Source of the DNA: an uncultured Spirochaetota bacterium
Lineage (GTDB): Bacteria > Spirochaetota > Brevinematia > Brevinematales > JAOACQ01
DNA length: 64,000 nucleotides
Direction of reading: 5' to 3'
Assembly (NCBI GenBank): GCA_963768055.1
Contig: CAVYGN010000001.1
Coordinates: 832,001 to 896,000 of the forward strand
Positions 43,075-51,326 of this stretch are shown piece by piece. How positions within the stretch are numbered: the first letter of the stretch is position 1; every line of letters begins with the position of its first letter. The notes under the pieces are model-generated. The model was not told the origin of the DNA. It worked only from the letters and a program-made list of their open reading frames with translations, and did no database searches. The position numbers and the translations under genes were made by a program.

Positions 43075-44058
43075 TTAAACTGAAATATCGAGATTAAACA
43101 ATTTATTTTCCTTTTGTCCATCATCGGAACCATGCCTTTTCATCCAGAATAAATAAGGGTTTTTAAGTTCCCGGAAGACAAGATCGATGTTTTTTCCTTC
43201 CTTAATTGAAAATCCGGCAAGTCCCTGCCTGTTAACTTCAATAAAGCTTTTATCAAGATAAACTTCTATTTTGTATAGTGTTTCGAGGCGATCGGCTATG
43301 ACTATAAATGAACCTGTTTTATCATTTGAAAAATCGAAATAATAACGTATGTTGTTTCCCCATTTTTCTTTTCTCCATTGCATGGGCATTTCTTCCCCGT
43401 CATTCTCTTTATCGATTAAAGAGATATAATAGCCGCTGCCCGGTCCGAAATACAATTTGAAAAGTTCCTGCAGAATTCCGGGAGTATCTGCCGCAGTTTT
43501 CTCCGATGTTTTACCCGAATCAGGCAGGAAATATTTAAGCAGTTTTTTGTAATTGAAAAAAAATTCAACAAATTCGTCGTTAAACTGTACCCCCGCTTTG
43601 AAAAACCCGGCGATCAGATCCGCAAATTCTTCCCCATGTTTCATCAAAGCAAGATGTACGGTTTTCAAGATTTCTTTATCAAGTTTCAGCCCCTTTTTAT
43701 AAATTATACGGGCGGCTTCAAAATAATCGTCGCTCGGCGGAAGGTTAAGTTCAGTCAGAATGGATTTTATACTTTGTAAAAAGTTATATTCCTTTTTATC
43801 GAGAAAATATTTGGATCCTGTCAGCCGGCTTATTACTATTAACTTTACTATCTTCTGTCCGTTTTCCGAGAAACCCGGCTCTACAAGCGCGAAAAAGTTA
43901 TCGGGTACTTCGGCGTCAACTGCCGCTTTGGTTTTAAAACCGTTCAATTCAATCAATGCGGTTCCCTCTTCCCTTTTTAATATTCTTACGTTAACTATCC
44001 TGTCCGGTTGAAGGTCCCTTATAAAAGCGGAATTGCTGTTCAGAAGTCGGACATTCAA
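43075..44058 (-). CDS. Hypothetical protein, possibly FliK-like (YlqG-like)
   Basis: Lies upstream of the FlhB-like gene; C-terminal F.FSNDKTG..NLDISV pattern. Confidence 0.45.
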   Translation of the reverse strand: MNVRLLNSNSAFIRDLQPDRIVNVRILKREEGTALIELNGFKTKAAVDAEVPDNFFALVEPGFSENGQKIVKLIVISRLTGSKYFLDKKEYNFLQSIKSILTELNLPPSDDYFEAARIIYKKGLKLDKEILKTVHLALMKHGEEFADLIAGFFKAGVQFNDEFVEFFFNYKKLLKYFLPDSGKTSEKTAADTPGILQELFKLYFGPGSGYYISLIDKENDGEEMPMQWRKEKWGNNIRYYFDFSNDKTGSFIVIADRLETLYKIEVYLDKSFIEVNRQGLAGFSIKEGKNIDLVFRELKNPYLFWMKRHGSDDGQKENKLFNLDISV

Positions 44059-44091
44059 AATATTCTCCTGTTTGAAGTTTCTCTATTCCAA

Positions 44092-44117
44092 TTATCGGCT
44101 GCCGATCTTTTTGTATA
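44092..44117 (-). promoter_or_regulatory. Candidate sigma28 (FliA) promoter
   Basis: On the minus strand: TATA-N14-GCCGATAA, with a perfect -10 box 33 bp upstream of the operon start. Confidence 0.5.
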
Positions 44118-44281
44118 AGTTATTCAAGGATTTCAAAAAAACATATAATATTATTAATGCTTAAATATTTAACAATTGAAATTTAACGAATTATGATATA
44201 TATTACATAAAGAAAGAATGAGAGGGTTGTTTGATAAAATTAACCGCATAATTTATAGTAAGCAAAGGAGCATGTAAATTT

Positions 44282-44794
44282 ATATTAAAGATAATATCAG
44301 CATTTTTATTATTTATTATTATTTCGGCGTGCGGCATAACCCATCCCAGATATAATTTTGCAAACGCAGATAGTACAAATATCAATTTAATGGTTTTAAA
44401 AAATGACAGTTATGATCAGATCAAAAGTACAATTAATAACGGTTTTCAAACATACGATCAAATTATAAATATTCCCGCAACAAATAATAGCTGGAGTGTG
44501 AACAATACGGAAGCATACATCTGCTTCGCGGTACACACCGTATCGAATGTTTATTCTTACGCGATATTTGAAGACATTCCTAGTTACGATGGCGCTGATA
44601 GTGATTGTTACATGCTTGTGATATCAGGTAAAATATCAGTATTCGACAATCATCAGTCCTTTCTTGCCGGATTCAAAACAATATGCAGTTTTTTATGGAG
44701 TCAATTTTTATCCCGCATTTATGAAGAAAACGTAAAACTGCCATCGAAAAAAGACGAAGCAAGCGTTTCGCACGGGATCGTTCATAACACTTAA
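44282..44794 (+). CDS. Orphan lipoprotein with non-canonical or frameshifted start; 3' end runs into a palindromic repeat (possible pseudogene)
   Basis: The frame of ORF 44390-44794 is open upstream to 44252 and encodes (K)FILKIISAFLLFIIISAC-G, a lipobox signal, but has no in-frame ATG/GTG/TTG there. Confidence 0.5.
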   Translation: MLKIISAFLLFIIISACGITHPRYNFANADSTNINLMVLKNDSYDQIKSTINNGFQTYDQIINIPATNNSWSVNNTEAYICFAVHTVSNVYSYAIFEDIPSYDGADSDCYMLVISGKISVFDNHQSFLAGFKTICSFLWSQFLSRIYEENVKLPSKKDEASVSHGIVHNT

Positions 44795-45041
44795 CCAATT
44801 CTTGTAAATAATAAAAAAATTCTTAACTTAAAAAAATATTCAATCAAATGCTTGCCGCCTTTTTGAGATGATGCAGTTCAAGTTTTCGAATCCAGCGAGA
44901 TAAAAATTGACTACATAAAAGCCTGATGTTGTTTGAACGGCCCCATCAACGCTTGCCGTTGTTTTGAGCTTTAGCGGCTCAAGCCGTCGACCGCGCGGAA
45001 AAAATTAACTTCAAAGATAGATTATATATTGATCGATTCGA
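44667..45041. repeat. Long palindromic element, copy 2, plus a tandem extra right arm
   Basis: Left arm 44667-44767, right arm about 44843-44921, second right arm about 44945-45041; homologous to 40757-41026. Confidence 0.8.
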
Positions 45042-45107
45042 CACTTGCCTTTCTGCATCTTTTGCTTTATTGTAATACTTATATTTATGAAAGCCTTAGG
45101 AGACTCG

Positions 45108-45629
45108 ATGGAAGACTTTTTACAGGAATTTGAGCGCTTCTTTAAAGATAATGAGAATGTATTATACAGGATCGTAAGAGGCTTTACGGATTCGAAGGAG
45201 ACCGCTAAGGAAATAGTGCTTGAAACAATGATGACGGTTTACGAAAGGTGGACAAAGGTGAGGGATTTTGAGAATAAAACAGGTTATGCCGTAAGGATCG
45301 CCGTCAATAAGGCGAAAAAGAGATATATAATGAGAAAAGTGAAAGGCTGGCTTATATTCCTTCCCGATGAAGAATTGCTGTTAAAAGAAAGCGGCGGGGA
45401 AAATCCGGAATTAAAAGCGTTGCGGTTTGAAGAGGAGGAATGGCTCTCCAGGGAACTTGAAAATTTAAGGAAAGATGAAAAGAGGATCATTCTGCTTAAA
45501 GACCTTGAAAAATTAAAATTTGAGGAAATCGCGTCTTTTTTAAAATTAAAACTGCCGACCGTAAAATCGATTTATAGAAGGGGTAAGCTGAAGCTTAAGG
45601 AACGCTGGGAGGTCAAATATGCGGAATAA
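45108..45629 (+). CDS. ECF RNA polymerase sigma factor
   Basis: Region 2 AKEIVLET...YAVRIAVN; region 4 FEEIASFLKLKLPTVKSIYRRG; ATG 45108 after AGGAG. Confidence 0.88.
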   Translation: MEDFLQEFERFFKDNENVLYRIVRGFTDSKETAKEIVLETMMTVYERWTKVRDFENKTGYAVRIAVNKAKKRYIMRKVKGWLIFLPDEELLLKESGGENPELKALRFEEEEWLSRELENLRKDEKRIILLKDLEKLKFEEIASFLKLKLPTVKSIYRRGKLKLKERWEVKYAE

Positions 45630-46029
45630 TTTTTGTAATATTATTATGAATGAGATTGACGGCGGGAACGGGATACTGACAAAGGAAGCGGTTGGGCATA
45701 TAAATAAATGCCCGGATTGCAGGGCCTATTTTGAAGTCTCAGAGCATATTAAATCATTCGATGAAAGCGAAGATAAAGTTGAATTCTGGAACGAATTCAG
45801 GATAAGCCTTGAAGAGAGAAAGGGCAGGCCGAAATGGATAGCTCCGGCCTTCGCCGCATTATCTTTCTGCGTTATTCTGGCATTTTTTGCAGTTTTTATC
45901 GATAACAAACCTAAAGATAATATCAATGCAAATGCCGGGGTAAATGTCTCCAGCGCCGGCATTCAAGCTGATTATACCGACGATAACAGCGATCTTGACT
46001 ATTACTATAAGATATCGGCAGATATTTGA
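45619..46029 (+). CDS. Zinc-finger (ZAS) transmembrane anti-sigma factor
   Basis: HINKCPDC (HxxxCxxC), a single TM helix and a short acidic tail. Confidence 0.8.
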   Translation: MRNNFCNIIMNEIDGGNGILTKEAVGHINKCPDCRAYFEVSEHIKSFDESEDKVEFWNEFRISLEERKGRPKWIAPAFAALSFCVILAFFAVFIDNKPKDNINANAGVNVSSAGIQADYTDDNSDLDYYYKISADI

Positions 46030-46043
46030 ATCCGGGAGGATTT

Positions 46044-46592
46044 ATGAGATGCAAATTAATGCTTTCAACTGTTTCTTTGCTGGTATTTTCAATAATATTG
46101 GCATATGCACAGGAAAATCCGGATGAAGGAAATGACGGTCCGGATCATCATAGGCATATCAGAGATCATAATGAAATGATGAATAAAAATATGGGGCATT
46201 TGTTTTTCGTACCTGGCGCCTCTGTAATATTTGATAATTACAGGTTAAAAATAATGAAGGTATTCAACGAATCCAGGGAATCAAAGATTAAATTATGGGA
46301 AAAAATCCATAATTTAAGACAAAACATTGACATCCTTATCGGAAAATATCAGTCGGATAAATCAGTATCCGGAGATATTGTTGCCGATCTCAAAGAGATC
46401 AGCGGTATCCATAATCAGGTACAGGCCATCAATATGAGCGCCATGAAAAAAATTCAGGAACTCAATGAGGCCAGGGAAAAAGAAATAAAAACCGCAGTCG
46501 ATGCCTGGCTTTATAAAGTTGAACGGGATAATAAAGAACTTGATAAGTTTATTGATGAATATAAAAACATAAAGACTAACGAAGCCGATTGA
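46044..46592 (+). CDS. Secreted helical His-rich protein (Spy/CpxP-like by context)
   Basis: Signal peptide, GPDHHRHIRDH, long amphipathic helices; third gene of the ECF operon. Confidence 0.5.
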   Translation: MRCKLMLSTVSLLVFSIILAYAQENPDEGNDGPDHHRHIRDHNEMMNKNMGHLFFVPGASVIFDNYRLKIMKVFNESRESKIKLWEKIHNLRQNIDILIGKYQSDKSVSGDIVADLKEISGIHNQVQAINMSAMKKIQELNEAREKEIKTAVDAWLYKVERDNKELDKFIDEYKNIKTNEAD

Positions 46593-46593
46593 T

Positions 46594-47547
46594 TTATTTT
46601 TTATCGATATTGATGCCCAAAGTCTGGAGGGTTTTTTTTGCCTCTTTTTGAACGTCGGTATCAGGATCATAAACGGCCTTGAATTTCAGGATATCCACCG
46701 CCTCTTTATTATCGGGTGAACGCCCGATAGCTTTTATTGCCTCTAATCTTATTTTGGGATTCTCGGATTCCATGAATTCAATCATTTTTTGTAACACACC
46801 TTTGTCTTTCACATAAGAAATGCCTGCTATCGAATATAAACGAATATTCAGTTCCTCTTTTTCATTTTCTATATGGGGTGTCAGAATATTTATTGCCTTT
46901 ATTGATCCTGTTTTTCCTATTGATAACGCACAGAACATACGGACTTCCGTGCTTTCCCCGGTATTCTCAAGTATATTGGATAAAATGCTTATAGCGTCTT
47001 CATTTCCAAGGTCCCCGATGGAAATAGCGGCGGCCGACCTGATTTCATTATCATATCCGATATTTGTCAAAATTCCGAGAATTTCAATAGAGGCCTCTTT
47101 GTAAGCTACTTCGCCAAGGGCCCTCAATATGGCTGAAGTAAGTTCCTTTTCTTTAGCGTCGTCAATATAATTTGTGAGCAAGGAAAGCAGTCTTTTTCCG
47201 GAGTTTTTAATGTTAAGTTCGCTGATAGCAAACACTATTTTTCTGAGCACATCGGTATTGGTTTCCGAATTCAGAGCCGGGATCCACATATTTTCGTCTT
47301 TTATCTTCAGGTTAACCATGGAAAAAACCGCGTTTCCGCGTACATCAGGGTTGATATCTTTTATCATGGCCTCTTCGATAAGATTGTAGGCTTCCGCGGC
47401 TTTAGCGTCCTCGATAGCTTTAATTACCCCGGATCTCTGGGAAGCAATGCCGTACTTCATCGTATCTTTCCAGTGATTTATTATGGTCTGGTCAAGGGTA
47501 TAAGAATATCCTGCGATACAAATCAATATAAGAATTATTTTTTTCAA
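46594..47547 (-). CDS. Secreted HEAT-repeat protein
   Basis: Repeats VRGNAV, IRSAAAISIG, VRMFCALSIG, IRLEAIKAIG. Confidence 0.85.
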   Translation of the reverse strand: MKKIILILICIAGYSYTLDQTIINHWKDTMKYGIASQRSGVIKAIEDAKAAEAYNLIEEAMIKDINPDVRGNAVFSMVNLKIKDENMWIPALNSETNTDVLRKIVFAISELNIKNSGKRLLSLLTNYIDDAKEKELTSAILRALGEVAYKEASIEILGILTNIGYDNEIRSAAAISIGDLGNEDAISILSNILENTGESTEVRMFCALSIGKTGSIKAINILTPHIENEKEELNIRLYSIAGISYVKDKGVLQKMIEFMESENPKIRLEAIKAIGRSPDNKEAVDILKFKAVYDPDTDVQKEAKKTLQTLGINIDKK

Positions 47548-47616
47548 TATATTACTCTCCGGTTGTTTCTCTTTTTTTTATAAAGATCGGTATTTTTAAG
47601 ATTATCCTGAATTGAT

Positions 47617-47751
47617 AAGGGCAGTTCTAAAAATCAGTCCATAGTCTGCAGTCCATAGTCTGAAGTCATGTATCACCGAAAGTTTTGATTATAATATTGA
47701 CTTTCGACTATTGACTATAGACTGATGACTTAAGTAATTAGAAGCACCCTT
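47617..47751. repeat. Heptamer-hairpin element with imperfect terminal inverted repeats
   Basis: AAGGGCAGTTCTAA ... TTAGAAGCACCCTT enclosing 5x AGTCnnn (47636-47670) and 5x GACTnnn (47699-47733). Confidence 0.8.
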
Positions 47752-47754
47752 GCT

Positions 47755-48516
47755 TTATTGCTTTAGGCTTAGCCAGTTTATTCTTTCAAGATAACCCAGC
47801 ATCTTTTTTAAGGCCGGATCGGTAATTTCGTTAGCCAGAGGTGTTATTGAAATAAAACCGTCATTTACACTGTTCAGGTCGGAACCTTCATCATGATTAA
47901 AACCGGGCTCATCCCCCGTTAAAGTAAGTAAAAGTTTTCCGGCTTTATCTTCAAAGATGACTTTGTCCTTGTAGATCCTTTTGCCAAGGTGCGTGACCCT
48001 GATTCCTTTCGGCACGGCCTTTTCAGGAAAATTTATATTCAGCATAAGATTACTTTTATAAATAGAATTATCGAGCTTGTCCAGTAATTCTGATAAAAAT
48101 AGAACCGGATAAGTAAAATGTTTTTCCTCTTCCCAGCCGTCAAGCGAGGCTGCAATTGAGAAAATGCTGTTTAGAGACCCTTCCCTGGCTCCGGCTACTG
48201 TTCCTGAATAAATTATATCGTCTCCCATGTTAGGCCCGTCATTTATTCCTGATATAATGATATCAAATTTAATATCAGGGAAAAAATAGAATAGGGCGGT
48301 TTTAATGCAGTCGGCAGGCGTTCCGTCCACAGCAAATTTTTGGTCGTTTAATTTTAACATTTCCATAGGTTTAAACAGGGTTATTGCATGACTTGACGCG
48401 CTCATCTGCCTCATTGGAGCGCAGAGAAAAACATTATGATTTAGAAAGAGTTTATCACTTAAAAGATTAATACCTGGAGCCTTATAACCGTCGTCGTTTG
48501 TCAGCAGAATGTTCAC
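47755..48516 (-). CDS. surE: 5'/3'-nucleotidase SurE
   Basis: ILLTNDDG, GTPADC, SGINDGPNMG, YSGTV. Confidence 0.96.
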   Translation of the reverse strand: MNILLTNDDGYKAPGINLLSDKLFLNHNVFLCAPMRQMSASSHAITLFKPMEMLKLNDQKFAVDGTPADCIKTALFYFFPDIKFDIIISGINDGPNMGDDIIYSGTVAGAREGSLNSIFSIAASLDGWEEEKHFTYPVLFLSELLDKLDNSIYKSNLMLNINFPEKAVPKGIRVTHLGKRIYKDKVIFEDKAGKLLLTLTGDEPGFNHDEGSDLNSVNDGFISITPLANEITDPALKKMLGYLERINWLSLKQ

Positions 48517-48530
48517 TTTAGAAAATCTCC

Positions 48531-49211
48531 TTACTGGGTGATCTCTCTAGCGCTTGTATAAGTATCTTCAAGCGGGATTTCCATTCGTATCATGGTTTCA
48601 ACGCCGTTGATATTTCCGATTCTGAATAATTCGGGAGGTATGCCGAGGCCTTTAAGGAGCATAATTACAAGGGCTATGCCCATACCGGCGCCTTCCAATT
48701 CATCACCCTGCTCAAAGTAAAATTGGGCGATATTCTGATATTGCATGGCCTTTTTAAGCTTTTCCCTGATCCTCCTTTCCTCTATCTGGGTAATATGGGC
48801 GTTATTTATGACCTCAATTTTCACTCCTTTTTTATCATACTCGAATAATACCTTGATCCAGTAGTCATGTTCTTTAAGGTCTTTAAAATATTTTATATAA
48901 GATGATTCTACAAGCAGATTTTTGAATTTCATCATTCCGGAAAGATACATGTTTTCATCATCTATATTCAGATGATTCATTTCAAAAATTATCCTTTTCA
49001 GGTTTGCCTTGGCTGCGTTCACAATCAGTTCCATCAGGCATGTGACAAGTACGCCGACAAGATCCGACTTGTGGAACTTATCGAAAATTATCCTGAGAAT
49101 ATTCCCGACCTCTTTTTCAACTTCCTTGTCGGCGATATAAAATTTCATAGTGAAAGATTTGCTTCTTTCTATCTGTTCTTTCAGAGATTCATATGATTCA
49201 TTTTCCACCAT
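48531..49211 (-). CDS. Stand-alone HATPase_c-like protein
   Basis: N-box-like ELIVNAAKAN and G2-box-like EGAGMGIAL. Confidence 0.55.
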   Translation of the reverse strand: MVENESYESLKEQIERSKSFTMKFYIADKEVEKEVGNILRIIFDKFHKSDLVGVLVTCLMELIVNAAKANLKRIIFEMNHLNIDDENMYLSGMMKFKNLLVESSYIKYFKDLKEHDYWIKVLFEYDKKGVKIEVINNAHITQIEERRIREKLKKAMQYQNIAQFYFEQGDELEGAGMGIALVIMLLKGLGIPPELFRIGNINGVETMIRMEIPLEDTYTSAREITQ

Positions 49212-49764
49212 GGACCTCCTTGAAGGGAAAAAAAGATAACTTTGTATATAGGGGACCGCTTTTATTCAGGTCGCTGCGGTAGATGCAAAATCCTTCAGGA
49301 ATGAAATGGCCGAACTCAAACGCGGAATATTTTCTAATGACATTGATCCAATCGTTTGTAACCCTGCCTTTTATACGTGCTATTGTAATATGGGGGTGGA
49401 AATCCCTTTCTTCGGGCATAAACCCATTGTTTTGACAGATTTTCTCAATATCCATAAAAGCCTGTTTTAAATCGGGATTTTCCCTGATGCCCACCCATGC
49501 GATCTTCGTAAAATCAAGGCTGGGGAAAGCGCCGGCCGAGTGAACAGCCAATTCGGATATGGAAGGCGATATCTTGCTGAATTCCTCAATAAGAGACTGC
49601 AGGCTGTCGTTTTCCAGGTCCCCCAGAAATTTAAGAGTGATATGCAAATTTTCAATTCCAACGTATTTGACGGGTGCATCAGGGATTTTTTTGCAGGCTC
49701 GAATAAAATTACCGATCTCGTTTTTTATATTCTGAGTAATGTCTATAGCTATAAATACGCGCAT
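49198..49764 (-). CDS. thpR: RNA 2',3'-cyclic phosphodiesterase (2H family)
   Basis: MRVFIAI, HITLKFLG, FHPHITIAR. Confidence 0.93.
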   Translation of the reverse strand: MRVFIAIDITQNIKNEIGNFIRACKKIPDAPVKYVGIENLHITLKFLGDLENDSLQSLIEEFSKISPSISELAVHSAGAFPSLDFTKIAWVGIRENPDLKQAFMDIEKICQNNGFMPEERDFHPHITIARIKGRVTNDWINVIRKYSAFEFGHFIPEGFCIYRSDLNKSGPLYTKLSFFPFKEVHGGK

Positions 49765-49773
49765 TTTAAATTC

Positions 49774-50487
49774 CTATCTTTTTTTTAAAAGGATCTCCTT
49801 TATCCTGCTCCCCTCAACCTTTTGTATTTCAAAATAATACCCGCCGAATACTATAGATTCACCGGCATTGGGCACATAGCCGAATTTTTCCAGTATGAAT
49901 CCGCCGATAGTTTCATAAATTTTAGAATTTATCCTTGTTTTGAAAAGTTCATTGAATTCGTCCAGGCTCATCTGCGGATAAATTATATATTCGTTATTAC
50001 CTGATACCCTGTAATTTTGCTTTTTTTCTTTATCGTATTCATCGCTGATATCCCCCACAATCTCTTCAAGTATATCCTCAAGGCTGATTATACCTACCAT
50101 TGCGCCGTATTCATCGACTATGATTGCAAGATGAACCCGCTCTTCCCTGAACAGGGATAAAAGTTCGCTGGCCTTTTTATTTTCAGACACAAAAAGGGGT
50201 TTTCTCAATATTTTCGTAATGTCGAAATTAACTTCAGTGATTTTAAAAAATTGAAGCAGGTCCTTTACATAAAGGATCCCGATTATATTGTCGATCCTGG
50301 AGGAATAAACGGGAAAACGCGAATGACCGTCTGTAATAATCGTTTCGATGATTTCCTGGAATGTATTCTTAGAATTTAAAAGGACGATATTCCCTCTTGG
50401 GATCATAATATCAGAAGCCGTTATTTTAGAAAGTTCTCCGAGAATAACATGTTTTTTTATCGTACTTTCTTTTGAAGCGATTGCCAT
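49774..50487 (-). CDS. CBS-pair/CorC-HlyC transporter-associated protein
   Basis: GHSRFPVY, VDEYG, LEDILEEIVGDI.DEYD, ETIGG. Confidence 0.9.
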   Translation of the reverse strand: MAIASKESTIKKHVILGELSKITASDIMIPRGNIVLLNSKNTFQEIIETIITDGHSRFPVYSSRIDNIIGILYVKDLLQFFKITEVNFDITKILRKPLFVSENKKASELLSLFREERVHLAIIVDEYGAMVGIISLEDILEEIVGDISDEYDKEKKQNYRVSGNNEYIIYPQMSLDEFNELFKTRINSKIYETIGGFILEKFGYVPNAGESIVFGGYYFEIQKVEGSRIKEILLKKR

Positions 50488-50507
50488 TCTTGATCTCCTC
50501 CCGGCGC

Positions 50508-51326
50508 TTAATGCTTGTTAATTTCAAAATTACCGTTCCCCCTGATATCAAAAGAGCTTTTCAGGAAACCATCCCCTGTTGCTATAGAAAAATCGACCTG
50601 AAATTTTCCCTTTTTCCCGATCAGCTCCCCGGGGAAGATATGGATCATATCTTCGCACTCGATGGAAGCGGAACCCATGGGGCGGGATTGCTCCGACATT
50701 TCAAAATCTTCTTTTGAAAAAGCGGTAAATTTTTTCGTGTTCAGGAGAGTCAATAAATTGTTTCCGGATTCTTTGACAACCCGGCTGCCGGCATGAGTAA
50801 TAACCAATTCCCGGTCTTCAAACTTTGCGGGAAATTGAGATTTGTAATTATTGCTTGATTCGTTCACAACAGGCGGAATTATATCGGAAAGATCGGGCAA
50901 AATAATTTGCGCGTATGAATTTAAAAGTGAATCAGGGGATCCTCCCTCCGCGTTTATAGCTTTTCCGGTATAAGTCATGTAATATGAAAAGCGTCCGGAA
51001 TTGAAGAAGTTGATAGCGTCGTATATGAGCGATTCCATCGTCGCATCAGCCCCGCTGATTTCATAGTTCGTTAACTCCAGATTGATTTTATAACCGTTGG
51101 AATTAGTTTCAGCGGCAGTGATGAAAAGGTCCGATTTTATCGTAAAACGTTCGCCGTATTTAAAGAGCCCCATCCCTATCTGGAACTTTCCATTCAACAC
51201 AATCTTATAAGACAGCGGACTGCCGGTTTTAAAAAGATAGGAAGGGATCATCGCCTTTTTAACGCCGCCGCATGAAAAAAAGAAAAATAGAACGCTAAGA
51301 AAAGAAGCGAGCAGTCTGAATTTCAT
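50508..51326 (-). CDS. Hypothetical lipoprotein
   Basis: MKFRLLASFLSVLFFFFSC lipobox; overlaps the proS stop. Confidence 0.65.
   Translation of the reverse strand: MKFRLLASFLSVLFFFFSCGGVKKAMIPSYLFKTGSPLSYKIVLNGKFQIGMGLFKYGERFTIKSDLFITAAETNSNGYKINLELTNYEISGADATMESLIYDAINFFNSGRFSYYMTYTGKAINAEGGSPDSLLNSYAQIILPDLSDIIPPVVNESSNNYKSQFPAKFEDRELVITHAGSRVVKESGNNLLTLLNTKKFTAFSKEDFEMSEQSRPMGSASIECEDMIHIFPGELIGKKGKFQVDFSIATGDGFLKSSFDIRGNGNFEINKH

Noticed and set aside
44203..44385. 60-aa minus-strand ORF
   Set aside because: It is antisense to the lipoprotein signal-peptide frame on the plus strand, which is better supported.
40757..45041. Long palindromic repeats as integron attC sites
   Set aside because: The elements are too long, lack proper RYYYAAC/GTTRRRY ends, are not arrayed behind single cassettes, and there is no integron integrase.
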